From Diplonema japonicum (taxonomy: Eukaryota; Protista; Euglenozoa: Diplonemea): 64,000 nucleotides of DNA. The notes under the pieces are model-generated. The model had not been told where the DNA came from. It saw nothing but the letters and a program-made list of their open reading frames with translations, and ran no database searches. The position numbers and the translations under genes are program-made. How positions within the stretch are numbered: the first letter of the stretch is position 1; each line of letters starts with the position of its first letter. The stretch covers positions 372,883-436,882 of the forward strand of contig OZ025729.1 in the NCBI GenBank assembly GCA_964019335.1, in the 5' to 3' direction. This document shows, one piece after another, positions 41,414 through 52,932 of the stretch.

Positions 41414-43014
41414 GGTCTCAGCCGGCGGTGCCGCGTTGGCCGGTCAGCTTGACGGACGTGTTCAGAACCTATGATTATGTGGAGTCGTGGCTGGAGCTGG
41501 GTTCGAGTGTGCGGCTGCCGAAGGCGGCGTACATCGGTGAGGTCGACAGAATACCCACCTCCACGATCGACACGGATGGCTTGTTGCTCAGGTTCCCGAG
41601 GCTGGAGGGTTCTCTACGATGGTGGACGGACGTCCATTTCCTTAGAAGCGTGGTGAAGCAGTCCTTTAGGAAGTCTCCGGGTCCCCCTAACGAAAAGCTA
41701 CGACCCCACGCACGTTCCCTCTGGATGATGGGTTTGACCGAGCCGTCAACGAGGACCTCCGCCCCGTGGTATCACTCCGCGTTCACTGTCCCGAAGAAGG
41801 ATCCCTCGAGGCTGCGCTTTATCCTTGCCTGCACGGACTTCAACAACGCTACTTTGGACGTGCCTCTGCCCAGCTGCAACCTGCCCGCATACCGGGACAT
41901 CATCGCCGATCTAATGAGCTGCGAGTACTGCGCAGAGTACGATTTCCGCTCCTTTTTCTTCCAGTTCGGTTTACCGGAGGCGGTTAGGCCGTTCTTTTCC
42001 TTCCGAATCCGAGGCGCGGGGGACGACATGCCTTCCTACTTCAGGCTGACGAGGCTACCCATGGGGTATCGGGTGCTCAACGGGTATGCTTATTTGGGTG
42101 CTGCAGCGGCGGAGGACGTTCCTGCTCGTCATCACGCATGGATAGACAACAACTTGTTTGGAGCTGCTACGCTTGCCGCCCTGCAACAGGTCTGTGCCAG
42201 ATTCGAGTCGCTGTGCACGGAGTTTCGCGTGGTGATTGGCGACCGGGTGGAGCCGTGCTCCAAGATGGAGACGCTCGGTTTGGATCTCGGGGAGAAGCGA
42301 TGGCGAATGAGTACAAGATGGGTGCAGAAGGTGGCCGGGCCCGCTTCTACACTCTTGCGCGCTCGGGAGGCACCGGTTAGACTGTGGTGGAGGCTCGCCG
42401 GCGTCCTGCTTTGGAGACGGCATGCTACGCTGAGGCCCTTCGGGGGGGTGGTACCGATTCTTCGCTGGATGTCCCGCACTTCAAGGGGTCAGTGCATGCG
42501 CCGGAAGAGTTTTTGGGAGACGGAGGTTACCTTGGACGAGGACACACGGACTTGCCTGGCTGGTGAGACGGAACAGTTGGCCCAAAATTTGTGGTGTGTC
42601 TGGGACCGTCGCTCGAGACATCCGGTGGAGGCCTTCTCGGACGCGAGCATGCTGGGATGGGGTGTCACCGTGGGCGAGGACCGCTACGCATGCGGCGTGT
42701 TTCCGCGGGATTGGAAGGACATTCCGATCTTCGAGAAAGAGCTGGTGGCGGTGTTACGCCTCGTGGAGCTCGTGTCGGGGGCAGGCGGCGGTCTGGCCAT
42801 TGTGGGCGGCTGCGACAACAAGGCCGTTATCGGGGCCGTGGCAAGGGGATACGCGCTCGACGAAGGGACGATGGGTTGGATCGCGAGGCTGCAATCCGTA
42901 CTGCAGGAACGGGATTGTACTCTCCAGCTGAGATACGTCCCATCGAAGGACAACCCCGCCGACGCCTACACTAGGCTGGCTTGGCAGCGCAGGTGGGTCA
43001 CCAAGAAAACGTAG
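41053..43014 (+). CDS. Reverse transcriptase-RNase H of the YR element (coding part probably from ~41410)
   Basis: FTVPKKD..LRFIL, YDFRSFFFQF, RLPMG, WIDN. RNase H: FSDAS..GWG, IFEKEL, CDNKAV, YVPSKDNPADAYTR. Confidence 0.88.
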   Translation: MAGRPTDKGRVRGSWSRRTETYSRLRSGGSKEGSGRLHRTEGSSQRYIPRSVQPFPDEELKRHGSRHKTCGVDSRGATSGGRSGPEHGSTRRGVYNEVIYTSRDVAGVGGDTGGRRQPAVRSQPAVPRWPVSLTDVFRTYDYVESWLELGSSVRLPKAAYIGEVDRIPTSTIDTDGLLLRFPRLEGSLRWWTDVHFLRSVVKQSFRKSPGPPNEKLRPHARSLWMMGLTEPSTRTSAPWYHSAFTVPKKDPSRLRFILACTDFNNATLDVPLPSCNLPAYRDIIADLMSCEYCAEYDFRSFFFQFGLPEAVRPFFSFRIRGAGDDMPSYFRLTRLPMGYRVLNGYAYLGAAAAEDVPARHHAWIDNNLFGAATLAALQQVCARFESLCTEFRVVIGDRVEPCSKMETLGLDLGEKRWRMSTRWVQKVAGPASTLLRAREAPVRLWWRLAGVLLWRRHATLRPFGGVVPILRWMSRTSRGQCMRRKSFWETEVTLDEDTRTCLAGETEQLAQNLWCVWDRRSRHPVEAFSDASMLGWGVTVGEDRYACGVFPRDWKDIPIFEKELVAVLRLVELVSGAGGGLAIVGGCDNKAVIGAVARGYALDEGTMGWIARLQSVLQERDCTLQLRYVPSKDNPADAYTRLAWQRRWVTKKT

Positions 43015-44762
43015 AGGCCGGTGCCCCATGGTATTCCTGGGCGCTTAACCCTCCTCTATATGGGGGGTCCGGCTTGCACAAACAATCAGCCGACTCTTTT
43101 TTGCTGGAACAAGTAAACAAATTTTTGAAAAGAATTGTTATTGCAAAAAAGAGTAGAGGCAGCTTGTCCGTTTATCCCTACTGTAGGTGAAAACGGCTTG
43201 CACAAACAATCAGCCGACTCTTTTTTTGAAACAAGAGAAAAGACAAAAAAGAATTGTTCTTGCTAAAGAAAGAGTCGAGGCAGATTTGTTCGGAAAATTG
43301 GAAGCGAGTTACCGAAAGGATTCTTTTTTTAAAATACAAGGCACACCGTCATATTTGTGTGCTTTGAAAAGAAATATTTCATGTGCTGGAGACAACTTTA
43401 ATTTGTCCTTTTTTGTTTTTTTTTTTGAGCCCCTCCCGAGGGTTTTCGTCCTATTCTTTTTTGGATGAGTGCTGGACAGACAAAGACTTTCTTTAGTCCG
43501 GTTGGCGGCTTTCCCCCTTTCGAATTGCGAAGGAGCACCCAGACAATTCTGCTTGCATACTCCGCAAAAGGCAAGGCACGCAAAAAGAATCGTTGTGAGG
43601 CAGGGCTCCTGGCTCAACAAAATGAATTTCTTGCCGGGCGAAAAGGTGAGTTTTTTTTTTTTTTTTTTCTCTTTCTTTTCGAGGAGGTGGGGATAACATG
43701 GAAATATAAAGTACATCAAATGTGTTGAACGTAACGCAGATGCTCAGGGTGACGAACAGGCAGCAAACTGCACGAGCCGAATCTTGGTTACCCGGTACGC
43801 CCCGGCTGGGGTTGAGCTGTACACCGCACGCATTAAGGACACGACGCCGCCAACACCGGCCTCCTTTAACTCTTTTTTTTTCTTTTTTTTTTTTTGTTTC
43901 CTACAGTTTTCTAATATTTGCTGTATTACAGTATTTTATTTCTTCCCCTGTCCTTCTTTTCTTGAAAGGAGCTGTGAACCTTTGAAGGTTCTTTTTTTTT
44001 TCTCTTTTTCGACAGGCTGACTTCAACCATTTCAGTTTCACTACTGCCTTACGAACTGATATCGGGTAGAGTGAGGCAAACACTTCTTCATTGCAGTCCC
44101 ACAGTCTGCAGTTGTTATTTTTTTAACTTTGTGTTTTTTTATTTTCTATTTGTTATTTCACCCTTCGTCATTTTCTTCACTCACTAGGGGGCCTCATAAT
44201 TTACAACGCTGCTCGCCCATAATTTAACTACTTAAATTATGTGAATTTTGGAGTAAAATAATGGCGCTTCAGTGAAAAAATGGGCCCCCAAAAAAAAGAA
44301 AAATGCGTCTCCCCAAAAAGTGGGGGTTTTTTTTTTTGAGGGGGACATTTTGACTCTTTTTAGCCATCTGAGGCCATTCCGACCCTTAAAAGTGGGAACA
44401 AGTGCTTACTTCCCTTTAAAATGCCACGGCGATAGCTACCTCGTATTACCTTAGGGAAACCCCCAAAGCTGACCCGTCGTGTGAGGGAAACAGCAGTGAA
44501 GAGTGAGTGACTCAAATGACGAAGAGTGAAATAAAACGACTTACTTGCCGCCAAATGAGCCATCATTTAACACTCGTTACCGTTTTTTTGCAAGAGTGTC
44601 CTCCTGCAAAAAAACTCTGGAACTCGAGTTGAAAAATAATGACTTGGTTGGCAATTAAATAGCTATTTTTGTTGTGTGTTTTAAGCCAGCTGAAGAAAAA
44701 GAAGAAAAAAAAAAAAAAGAACATATTTCTGAGCTGTGGTCTGTGCGGGGGCCGGAAAAGCA

Positions 44763-44793
<31 letters not shown>

Positions 44794-45637
44794 CAAAACC
44801 TTGGGCGCTGATCGTGCAAAGAAATTTGGATCGATGAAAACGGGTTTGCGGGTACTTTTTATTTGCCCTTGAGCGCCCTGCCTCTCCCGCCGAAAAACAA
44901 AAGAATTAATGTTTCCGTATGCCCACACACATTCCAAAACACACTGCTCGGGCTATGATGTCCCGTTTATGTTTTTTTTTTGAAGGCAAATTGGCAAAAT
45001 CCGACTTTAATTGATTCAAATGTGCGCCGGTGTTTAGGGTTCGTAAAGGGGAATCGCTTTTGCAGACAATGTTGTTCACCATGTTTTGGTCTTGGTCAAA
45101 ACTCTCTAACAAGGAAACTAACTTGACAAAATGAACTAAATTCCCGCGGGAAGTGGATTGAGGTTGAGATTTTCTCTTTTTCTTTTCTTTTCAGGCCAAC
45201 CTTAGGTTTGTCCCTCCCTGTATGGTGAATCTTCGGTCGAATCTTCATACTCGTTCTGATCGGTCGCTGTTGTTAACAACCCCCTCTTTTTTTTTTTTTT
45301 TTTTTTTTTTTAAATTGTTTTGTGTGTCACTTTTTTTTTTTTATACTCTAAGTTATGTTTTGCAAAAAGAAAAAAAAAAAAAAAAAAAAGAAACGGAAAA
45401 AGCCTTGACAGTTAGCCGGTTAGATTCTGCACCCTCTCTCTTTCTCTATTTTTCCTTCGTGGGTACAGAGTGCACTGTTCATGCAGATAAAGAAATGAAA
45501 GGAGAAGGGGATAAAGAAAACACTAATAAAGAGGGGGGGGGGGGGGGGGGGGTGTCTTTGGGTAAAAACAAAACCGTTTGCAGTAGCTTGTGTATCTTTT
45601 TAGGTTAAAGTTTCGGAAGAGGGAATTCTACCTTCTA

Positions 45638-47138
45638 AAGGGGGGGCCTGAATAATTCCCTCCCAAATAATGTGTTTTTTCCCAAATAATTCTTTTTTTT
45701 TTGGGGATTTTTCCACTCCAAATTTCCCAAATAATTCCCAACCCCCTTTCTTTTTTTTTTTTGGGGACCAGGGGGGGGGTCACATGGTAGTCGTGCAATG
45801 GGCTTTTCTCAGTTATGCCTGTGCAGGGTACTAGCCTACCTAACCCATTATGACACCCCTTTTTTGACCAAAAAGTCGATTTTCACCTGGTTTTGGGCAC
45901 TTACGAGCAATTCCTTTGCATTTTGAACAGGGACCACAGGGTTTGGCACCTGGGTTATTGTGGGGGACTATTAATCTTAATGCAAGAAGCTAGCTGGTTT
46001 GTGATGAACGGTTCAAAATTTCACAGAACCACTTAGTTCAAAGGCGCTTGTGGGTGGCCTGGGTGCTTCTGCGTTGCCGGAAGGGCATGTGCATTCATGT
46101 GTTGACAACTTATCCAGTATTTGCTTTGTTTCATGGCCCACAATGTCAATATTCCATTCCTGAGCAAGATCCCAAAGTTGTGTCGTAGCCCACTGGCAGT
46201 ATTGTGAGGCTGCTTACACAAGTAAGAGTGCTGGCCCAGTGAGCCATGAGGGCAAAAACCCCATTTTCTTCTAGAAGATGAGAAATATATTATAGTGCAA
46301 CATGATCAGACTGGAACGGCCGCCCTGGGGCATCCTCTGCTCAACCCAGCAGACGTGGGAGGCCCTTCTTCAGAAGGTGCCAGTCGCTTGATCAGTGCCG
46401 TCGTGCACGCTATATTTTATTAGTACAAATATAACAATCGATTGAAAAGGAAAAGTCTGTATTGTGAGGCTGCTTCTCACCATTTTGAGGGGTTAAGGGG
46501 GGCTGTGGCATGCCCCAAGCAGCCGAGATGGGACGTTGATGACTGCAGCAGAGTGCCGAGTCAACGTGGCACTGTGGATAGGGCAAGCACATGAGAAAGG
46601 TCATGCAACTGCTCAACACCTTTAGCTATATGCGATCTCACGGCTACCTTCCAGGTAGTTCCGAGGAGGCCATACAGCTAAGGGCACTTAGCAAAGTTTA
46701 GACAGTGCAGCACAGAACGTTGTTGCAGGTGTTACAATGGACACTACACCATGAGACTCCAGCAGCCTCCCAAGCCCTTGCAGCTTCTCAAGCCCTGACA
46801 GTTTCTCAAGCCTCTCAGACCCCAGCAACCTCCCAGCAACCACCTAACGCCAAAACCAGGCGGTTTGTCTGCAACGTTTGTGGGTTCTCCACAGCCTGGG
46901 AGAAAAACTGTTAAAATTTCCCTTGGAAAAAAAAAGGGCATGAAAAAAGTCTTGGCACGATTTAGCATGTTAAGATTTCCGAAGTGCTCTAAGCCCCGCT
47001 CCCTGCTTTCCATGTGGCAGGCCCCCCAGCCCAAATAAGTACAACCCAAATAAGTGTATTCCAAATAATTCTTTTTTTTTGGAGCCCTAACACCCCCCCT
47101 CCACTGCCCAAATAAAGGGATTATTCAGGGGGCCCCTT
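45638..47138. mobile_element. ~1.5-kb non-autonomous TIR DNA element (unclassified)
   Basis: Left AAGGGGGGGCCTGAATAATTCCCT vs right AGGGATTATTCAGGGGGCCCCTT, with TA outside both. CCCAAATAA subterminal repeats near both ends. Internal FVCNVCGFST zinc-finger-like fragment. Confidence 0.6.
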
Positions 47139-48039
47139 TATATTTTTTCTTTTTTTTTTTTTATATATGTCGTTCAGTTCTTCCCAAAAACTACAGGGAA
47201 CGTCTCACAAAGACCATCCTTTAACTCATTTCCCGGTTTTGTCACACAAAGAATGAAAAAAAAAAAAAGAAGAAGAAGAAAAAAAAGGGGTTTTTTCTAT
47301 ACAAATCTCTATTGTTACATTCCCCACAAACCGAGCATTTTTTTTTTCTTCCATGTCTCACTTCTACTCCTTACAGGCCCGTTTCACCGTTTTTAGAAAG
47401 AGCACCACGGAGCCTCCTCAGCTCACATGCTCATATTCGAGACCAAATAGGGTTTTAGCTTGAAGTTGCGGTTAGTTAAATTATCTAATTAGTCTCAATT
47501 AGGCACGGTTGAAGGTTACTTCTGATGTGGGACATGATGCGTTTTTTTTCTTTGAGTGTAGTCACTCACTTTGGATTCTCGTTTCCCCCTTTCCCCCTTT
47601 TTATCGACAAAGAGAATGTCATATGCAGCTGAAAGTCTGGTCCTAGCTTTTGTATTAACAATAGAAAACTTGTCAGTACCGAAAGGCTATTCGTTTGGCA
47701 ACGCAGTTGATGTGGTCTGCTAGTGCAAGACATGCGCTACAATTTCTTTTTTTCTTCTTTTTTTTTGGGCTTAAAAAGTGCCTAAAGGTAAAGCAGGGGA
47801 ACAATTGATTTTCTTTTTTTTTTTTTGCAAGAACGAGTTGGGCTTTGGCTTGTCCAAACAAAAGGAGAACGTTGGCAAAACGTGTTTTTTCGGGTTTACA
47901 AACTTCTACAGGTTTTTACCCGGGTACAAAAAAACGGCAGTTCCTCTTTTTTATTTTTTTTTTTTTTTTATTTTTTATTTGAACAGATATCATCATAAAA
48001 CAAAGAAGAAAAAAAAAAAGAAAGAATTTTTTTTTTTTT

Positions 48040-48081
48040 GGGCGGGCCGTTGCTAACCACTTCGTTGCCTATCATAGTGAA
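48040..48081 (+). repeat. ~40-nt dispersed motif matching the LINE 3' end (copy 3); degenerate fourth copy at ~48554-48583
   Basis: GGGCGGGCCGTTGCTAACCACTTCGTTGCCTATCATAGTGAA after a T-tract. Confidence 0.8.
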
Positions 48082-49254
48082 TTTCTTTTTATTAATTGCG
48101 AATTCTCACATCCTCCCCTCCCTCTCCAGCTTTTGTGGAAGCTCTCATGTGGCAAAGAAAAACAAAAAGAAGGGTGGAAGGGAAAAAAAAAAAGGTTGAT
48201 GAAGAAACATGACAGAAGTTTCTTTGACCAATGATTGAAGTTCTGGTCGGTGCAACAAGGCCTCTCTTATTGGAGATGCCTCGCTTCTGGCGTAAAGCTT
48301 CTTCTTTTTTTTCTTTTCCCCTCAGTTATTCTTTTTTTTCTTGTTGCATTGCCCCTCAGTTTCTCCTTGTTCTTTTTTTTTCTCTTTTTTCTTGTTCGTT
48401 TTCTTTTTTTTTTTTTTCAGGTAGAAGATTGGTAATATTAACCGATATTCAATAAAAAAAAAAGGATATTTCCTGCCTTTTTTTTTCTTAAATGTCAGAA
48501 TTTTTTTTTATCTTTGCACGACGTCACCCGAAGGGGGGGGGGGGGGGGGGGGGGTTACTAGCTACTTCGTTCCTATCATGTGATTATTTTTGTTGCTCCC
48601 TTAAGATGCAATATTTTATATTTTCTGAAAAGACGGTAAATTGCCTGATCTCCTCTCTACAATAGCTCCTTATTTAACCTCCTCTCATCTTTTTCCTCCC
48701 CCCCCCCCCTTCTCGACTATGTCTTTTCTTTTGTTGTTATCAAACGTTTTTAAGTCTCTCTCTTTTTTTTTTCTTGAAAGACTTTTTAACCTTTTGCAAA
48801 ATCAAGTGTCCACCCAATCTAAATATTAAGTAAACCAGCTAATTTGTTGGGTCAGTGCTAGCCATTCCCCGTGGGTGGTAACGTTCCAGTTCGATCGGGA
48901 AGACCTACTGATCCCCACGTCCACATTCCTAAAAGTTCCTGGTGCAGGGGATAGGTTTCATTAAAAAGGTTATATTAAGAGAAACAAAAGGAGAGATTTT
49001 CACGCGCATATCTCTAAACCAGTCTGGCAGAACCTGGAAGGTTTTCGGGAAATAGAGATTTTCGTGTAGATTTAGAGATATGAAGCATCTTTCAACAAGA
49101 AGTTCTCTATATGTTTAAAAAGGCACCGCCGTGTTTTAAACAGAATTTCTTTTTTTCTTCTTTTTTTGCTTTCGCTGAAAAAAGAAAGTACTTTGCTTGA
49201 TAGTGCCTTTGGCGATAACACACATTACACTTCTTTTTTTTTTTTCTTTTTTTT

Positions 49255-52200
49255 GCTGTTGGGTGCATGATGGCGTGGAAGGCTCAGACCACAGGTGCTT
49301 GTCGCTGGAGTCGGGGACAACGAGAATCCGGCGGGCAGTGCTGCAGTACTCGATCCCGAGGGAGATACCGGAGGTAGCGATGACAGAAGAAGACCCCGAG
49401 CCGTCGCTGGCGGATTCCATCTTTGAGCGGTGCATTCAGGATAGGCAGGTGGACGAGGCCTACAGGGAATGGGCCAGACTCGCAGAAGAGCATTTGATGC
49501 GGGGTTTCGCAGGGACCACGGCGGGGGCTTACCTTGGCAGGGGTGAGACGAGGTTGCCGAAGCTGAGGGAACTGTGTCCACCTGCTACGGAAGAGATTGT
49601 CGGTGCGGTGTGCGACCGACAAAGGAAGCTGGTGAAGCTGAAACGGTGCGTAGAGGCTGCCCAGCGACAGATTGAGGACCACCTTCGGAGGGGGCACGTA
49701 GGACAGCTTCCGCAGGTGACCCACAATACCCTGAAGAACGCCAATGCAAGGTGCGTGAAGCTAGGTATTGACTGCGCCGTACCCATGCACGGCTCCTTGG
49801 AGAGCACAGAGGAAGCTATCGCTGAAGTGCGTGACGTGGCGGGGAGACAGATTGCCGCGCTCTGCACGGAACAGAAGTGTAGCCGGGCTGAGGCCTACGA
49901 GAGAACGATTGTCTCGAACCTGGACGAGGGTAGGAGGCACCTCACGGCGCTGCTGCGGGGAACGCAATGCGAGAGGTCAGTGGCGGTGGACGCTGGGGAC
50001 GGTGTGACGGCGGACCCACAAGAAATGGACGAGGTGTTCAGGGAGGCGTGGAAAGGGATCTTCTGCTCGGAAAGACGAGAACCGCAATTCTCCGATTTCA
50101 GGAAAAAGTACGAGGAACACATACAGCACCAGGAAATGCCGAGGTCAGAGATTACGGGGAGGCTGCTCCAGGAGGTGCTGAGCCGCAAGCGTCCTAGGGG
50201 CGCGTGTGGGGTCGACGGATGGCGCAACGCAGAGCTGAAGAGGCTGCCCAGGTGGGTATTGGACGGACTGGCAGACCTGTTTAACCTGATCGAGAGGGAG
50301 GGGAGGTGGCCGGAAGCCATGTGTACGGCCCTGGTGTCGCTAATACCGAAGGGGGCAGGCCTCGGCCCCTTGGACCACAGACCGATTACTGTCACCAGCG
50401 CGGTGTATCGACTGTGGGCATGCGCCAGGCTGAGGACGGTTCTCCCGTGGCAAGAACGGTGGATCTGCGAGAGACAGCACAGCTTTCGGAAGGGGCGGGG
50501 CACGGAGACGGCACTACTGGACCTCCTAGCTCAGTATGAAGAGGCGATGTTGGAGGGTAAGGAGCTGGTGGGCGTGGCTCTGGATTTTGCGAAATGCTTC
50601 GACCTGGTACCGCAGCGGCTCACCTTCGAGCTAATGCGGAGCCTTGGGCTCGAGCCGGGAATTGCGTGCGCAATGGAGGGCATGTACTCACAGATCACGC
50701 GGCGGTTCAAGTACCCCTTTGGGGTGGGCGAAACCTTCAGAGTGACCAATGGGATCCTGCAAGGGTGTCCGCTGTCCGTGATCATGATCAATGCGCTCAT
50801 TGCGGTCATGCTTAAGGCGCTGGAAGCCGGTGGAGACCTCGTGACGATAGCCTATGCGGACGACGCCTACATGCTGGCTAAGTTGCGGGAGGCACTACAA
50901 GCGGCGACGGACGGTGTCATGGAGTTCTGTACGATAACGGGCATGGAGTTGAATATACGGAAGACGGTGGTCATCGGAAAGTGTATCATCCACGTCGGTA
51001 GTGAGGTGGACGGAAGAAGAAGGAAGGTAAGGCTCAACAAGGTCGACAAACATAAGGCTTTGGGAACTATGCTGAACACGACAGCATGCGGCACGAGCTG
51101 GAACGACGCCGCGGTTACTGCAAGACAGAAGGTGGAAAGGCTGGCTTCGACCCAACTCTCTTTTCAGAGGAAGGAGAGCCTCATCAGAACTCATATTATG
51201 CCGGGACTGCTATACAGCTCGAGCTTCTCTCCGCCGAGTGACTGGAGTCTCAGTCAGCTTAAAGGCTCGATCGTGAAATGCCTGTGGGGCCCCCACTACA
51301 GAGGAAGATCTCCAGACGTGGTACTGTCAATCCTGGCGCGAGCGCACCGGGTGGACCCGCTGTGTGCCGTAGTATACAGTGCTTTGATGATGCTGAGGAG
51401 GTGCTGGCTGAGGCAGGACGGGGCAATGGCAGCATGGACGCAGTTGGCACAGGCGTACGAAACTTCTGGGCAGGTGAGGCCGAGGGGGGTCGTGGGAAAT
51501 GTGCTCCTGAGGTGGCTTCCGGCGATCGGATGGAAGTGGGAAAGGCTGGCAAGCTGGCACAGAGGAGAGAATCCTGGGCACGACCTCAGGGAGGCTCTGC
51601 GGAGGATGAGGACATCGGGTGTTGTGAAGGCGCGAAGCACGATGGCCGGGCTTGGGATGGGCGCGGCCCCTGCAACGAACGCTTACTGGATGAAGTGCAG
51701 CGCACGCAGACCGCTCGAAGCGTGGCGGGTGAGGAGGATAATCGCCGGGGCGGTGCCGTACCTCAGCCCGTATGCGAAACAAGTTTTACTCTCCCCTCCT
51801 GAAGAACCTGATGAGGAAGGAGGTGAGGGGAGCGAGGAAGAAGCCGACCACCTGGATAGGGGGAGGACGGACAAAGCAGCGGGAACGCTCAATTGCGACG
51901 TCTGTGATGCTGCGAAGGGCAGCACAGTTAGGTTGCTGCGACACCAGCTTTGGGAGTGCGAGGTCGCATTGGAGGTGCAGAAGAAGGAGGTATATAACGG
52001 TCTGGTCAGGAGCGAAAGGTGGCCGATCTGTTTGGAGCTGCACGGGATTCTCCCGAGGAAGGTCGTGTTCCGCGGTTTGGAGAGGCTGCAGAGGTATTTG
52101 GCAGAGGTGGTGAGGCGCAGGGACGATGCTCTGGCGGTGAAGCGGTTCGCGGTTGAGAAGGAACCGCCGTGGGTGGTGACGACTCAAGGAAGGCGTTTCG

Positions 52201-52755
52201 AGGCGCCAAAGGTTGTGGAACTGTACAAGCTCAAGCTGACCCCGCAGCTCAGGGAGTATGGTGATCAGGTGCTGAGATGGCTGGCTGCGCTGCGGTGGGC
52301 GGAGGAGGGAACGTCCGTGTCGGCGATCGAGCTGGCGATTGACTTCGAGTGCTACACGAAGAAGACGCTGGGGGTTAACATCAACACGACGATTGACATC
52401 GACAAGAAGGCGGTGAGGATCAAGCGGATCCTGGATACGCTGCAAGCGACATGGATGAGGGAGAAGAGGAGGCGCGCTTTTCCGGCGCAGTCATGCAAGA
52501 ACGTGAGATCACTACGATCCATTGGCCGCGACCACGTCGTTGGCTTTGATAGGAGGGCCCTGTTTGCATCGGGGCTGACGGCGACCAAGCTGAAAGGACT
52601 GAGAGAAGATTACCGGAAAGAAAGGATTGGAAGATATAAACGACAGCTAGGCACTACGGTGGGTAGCAGGGAACGACCCCAAAAGGGGAGCATCATAAGG
52701 TAGGCACGCCACCGCGGCGGGCCGTTGCTAACCACTTCGTTCCTATCATAGTGAA
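49255..52755 (+). mobile_element. 5'-truncated, otherwise intact LINE related to the intronic element
   Basis: Begins after a T-tract at the APE end (GSDH). Uninterrupted frame to 52703 with CGVDG, HRPITV, LDFAKCFD, GILQGCPLS, YADD, CDVC..HQLWEC. Ends ATAGTGAA + T-tract. Confidence 0.9.
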
Positions 52756-52792
52756 TTTTTTTTAAACAGGGCGCCATAATTATATTTTTTTT

Positions 52793-52932
52793 TTGTTACA
52801 AATATTTATCAAAAAAATGATTATAACTATATGCAACTTGTGCCGAGTAAAAAAAAGAAACAGCTTTCGCAGCTTTTTAAGAACCTTTTTGCTCGCGCGA
52901 ACAACAAAGACGTATAGTCATAAAGAATTATT
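52793..52932. repeat. ~140-bp dispersed repeat (copy 2)
   Basis: Matches 18533-18670. Confidence 0.75.

Larger units (their letters stand above)
39285..43220 (+). mobile_element. Tyrosine-recombinase retrotransposon (DIRS order, VIPER/TATE-like gene order) with split direct repeats
   Basis: A1 39285-39391 = A2 43103-43209; B1 43070-43096 = B2 43194-43220 (A1-ORFs-B1-A2-B2). ORF order: Zn-finger/gag-like, YR, RT-RNase H. T-tracts at both ends. Confidence 0.9.

Noticed and set aside
52716-52755. 40-nt motif as a fragment of LSU rRNA (TTCCTATCATTGTGAA) or antisense U6
   Set aside because: Only short gapped matches from memory and no ACAGAGA box; cannot be told from chance without a search.
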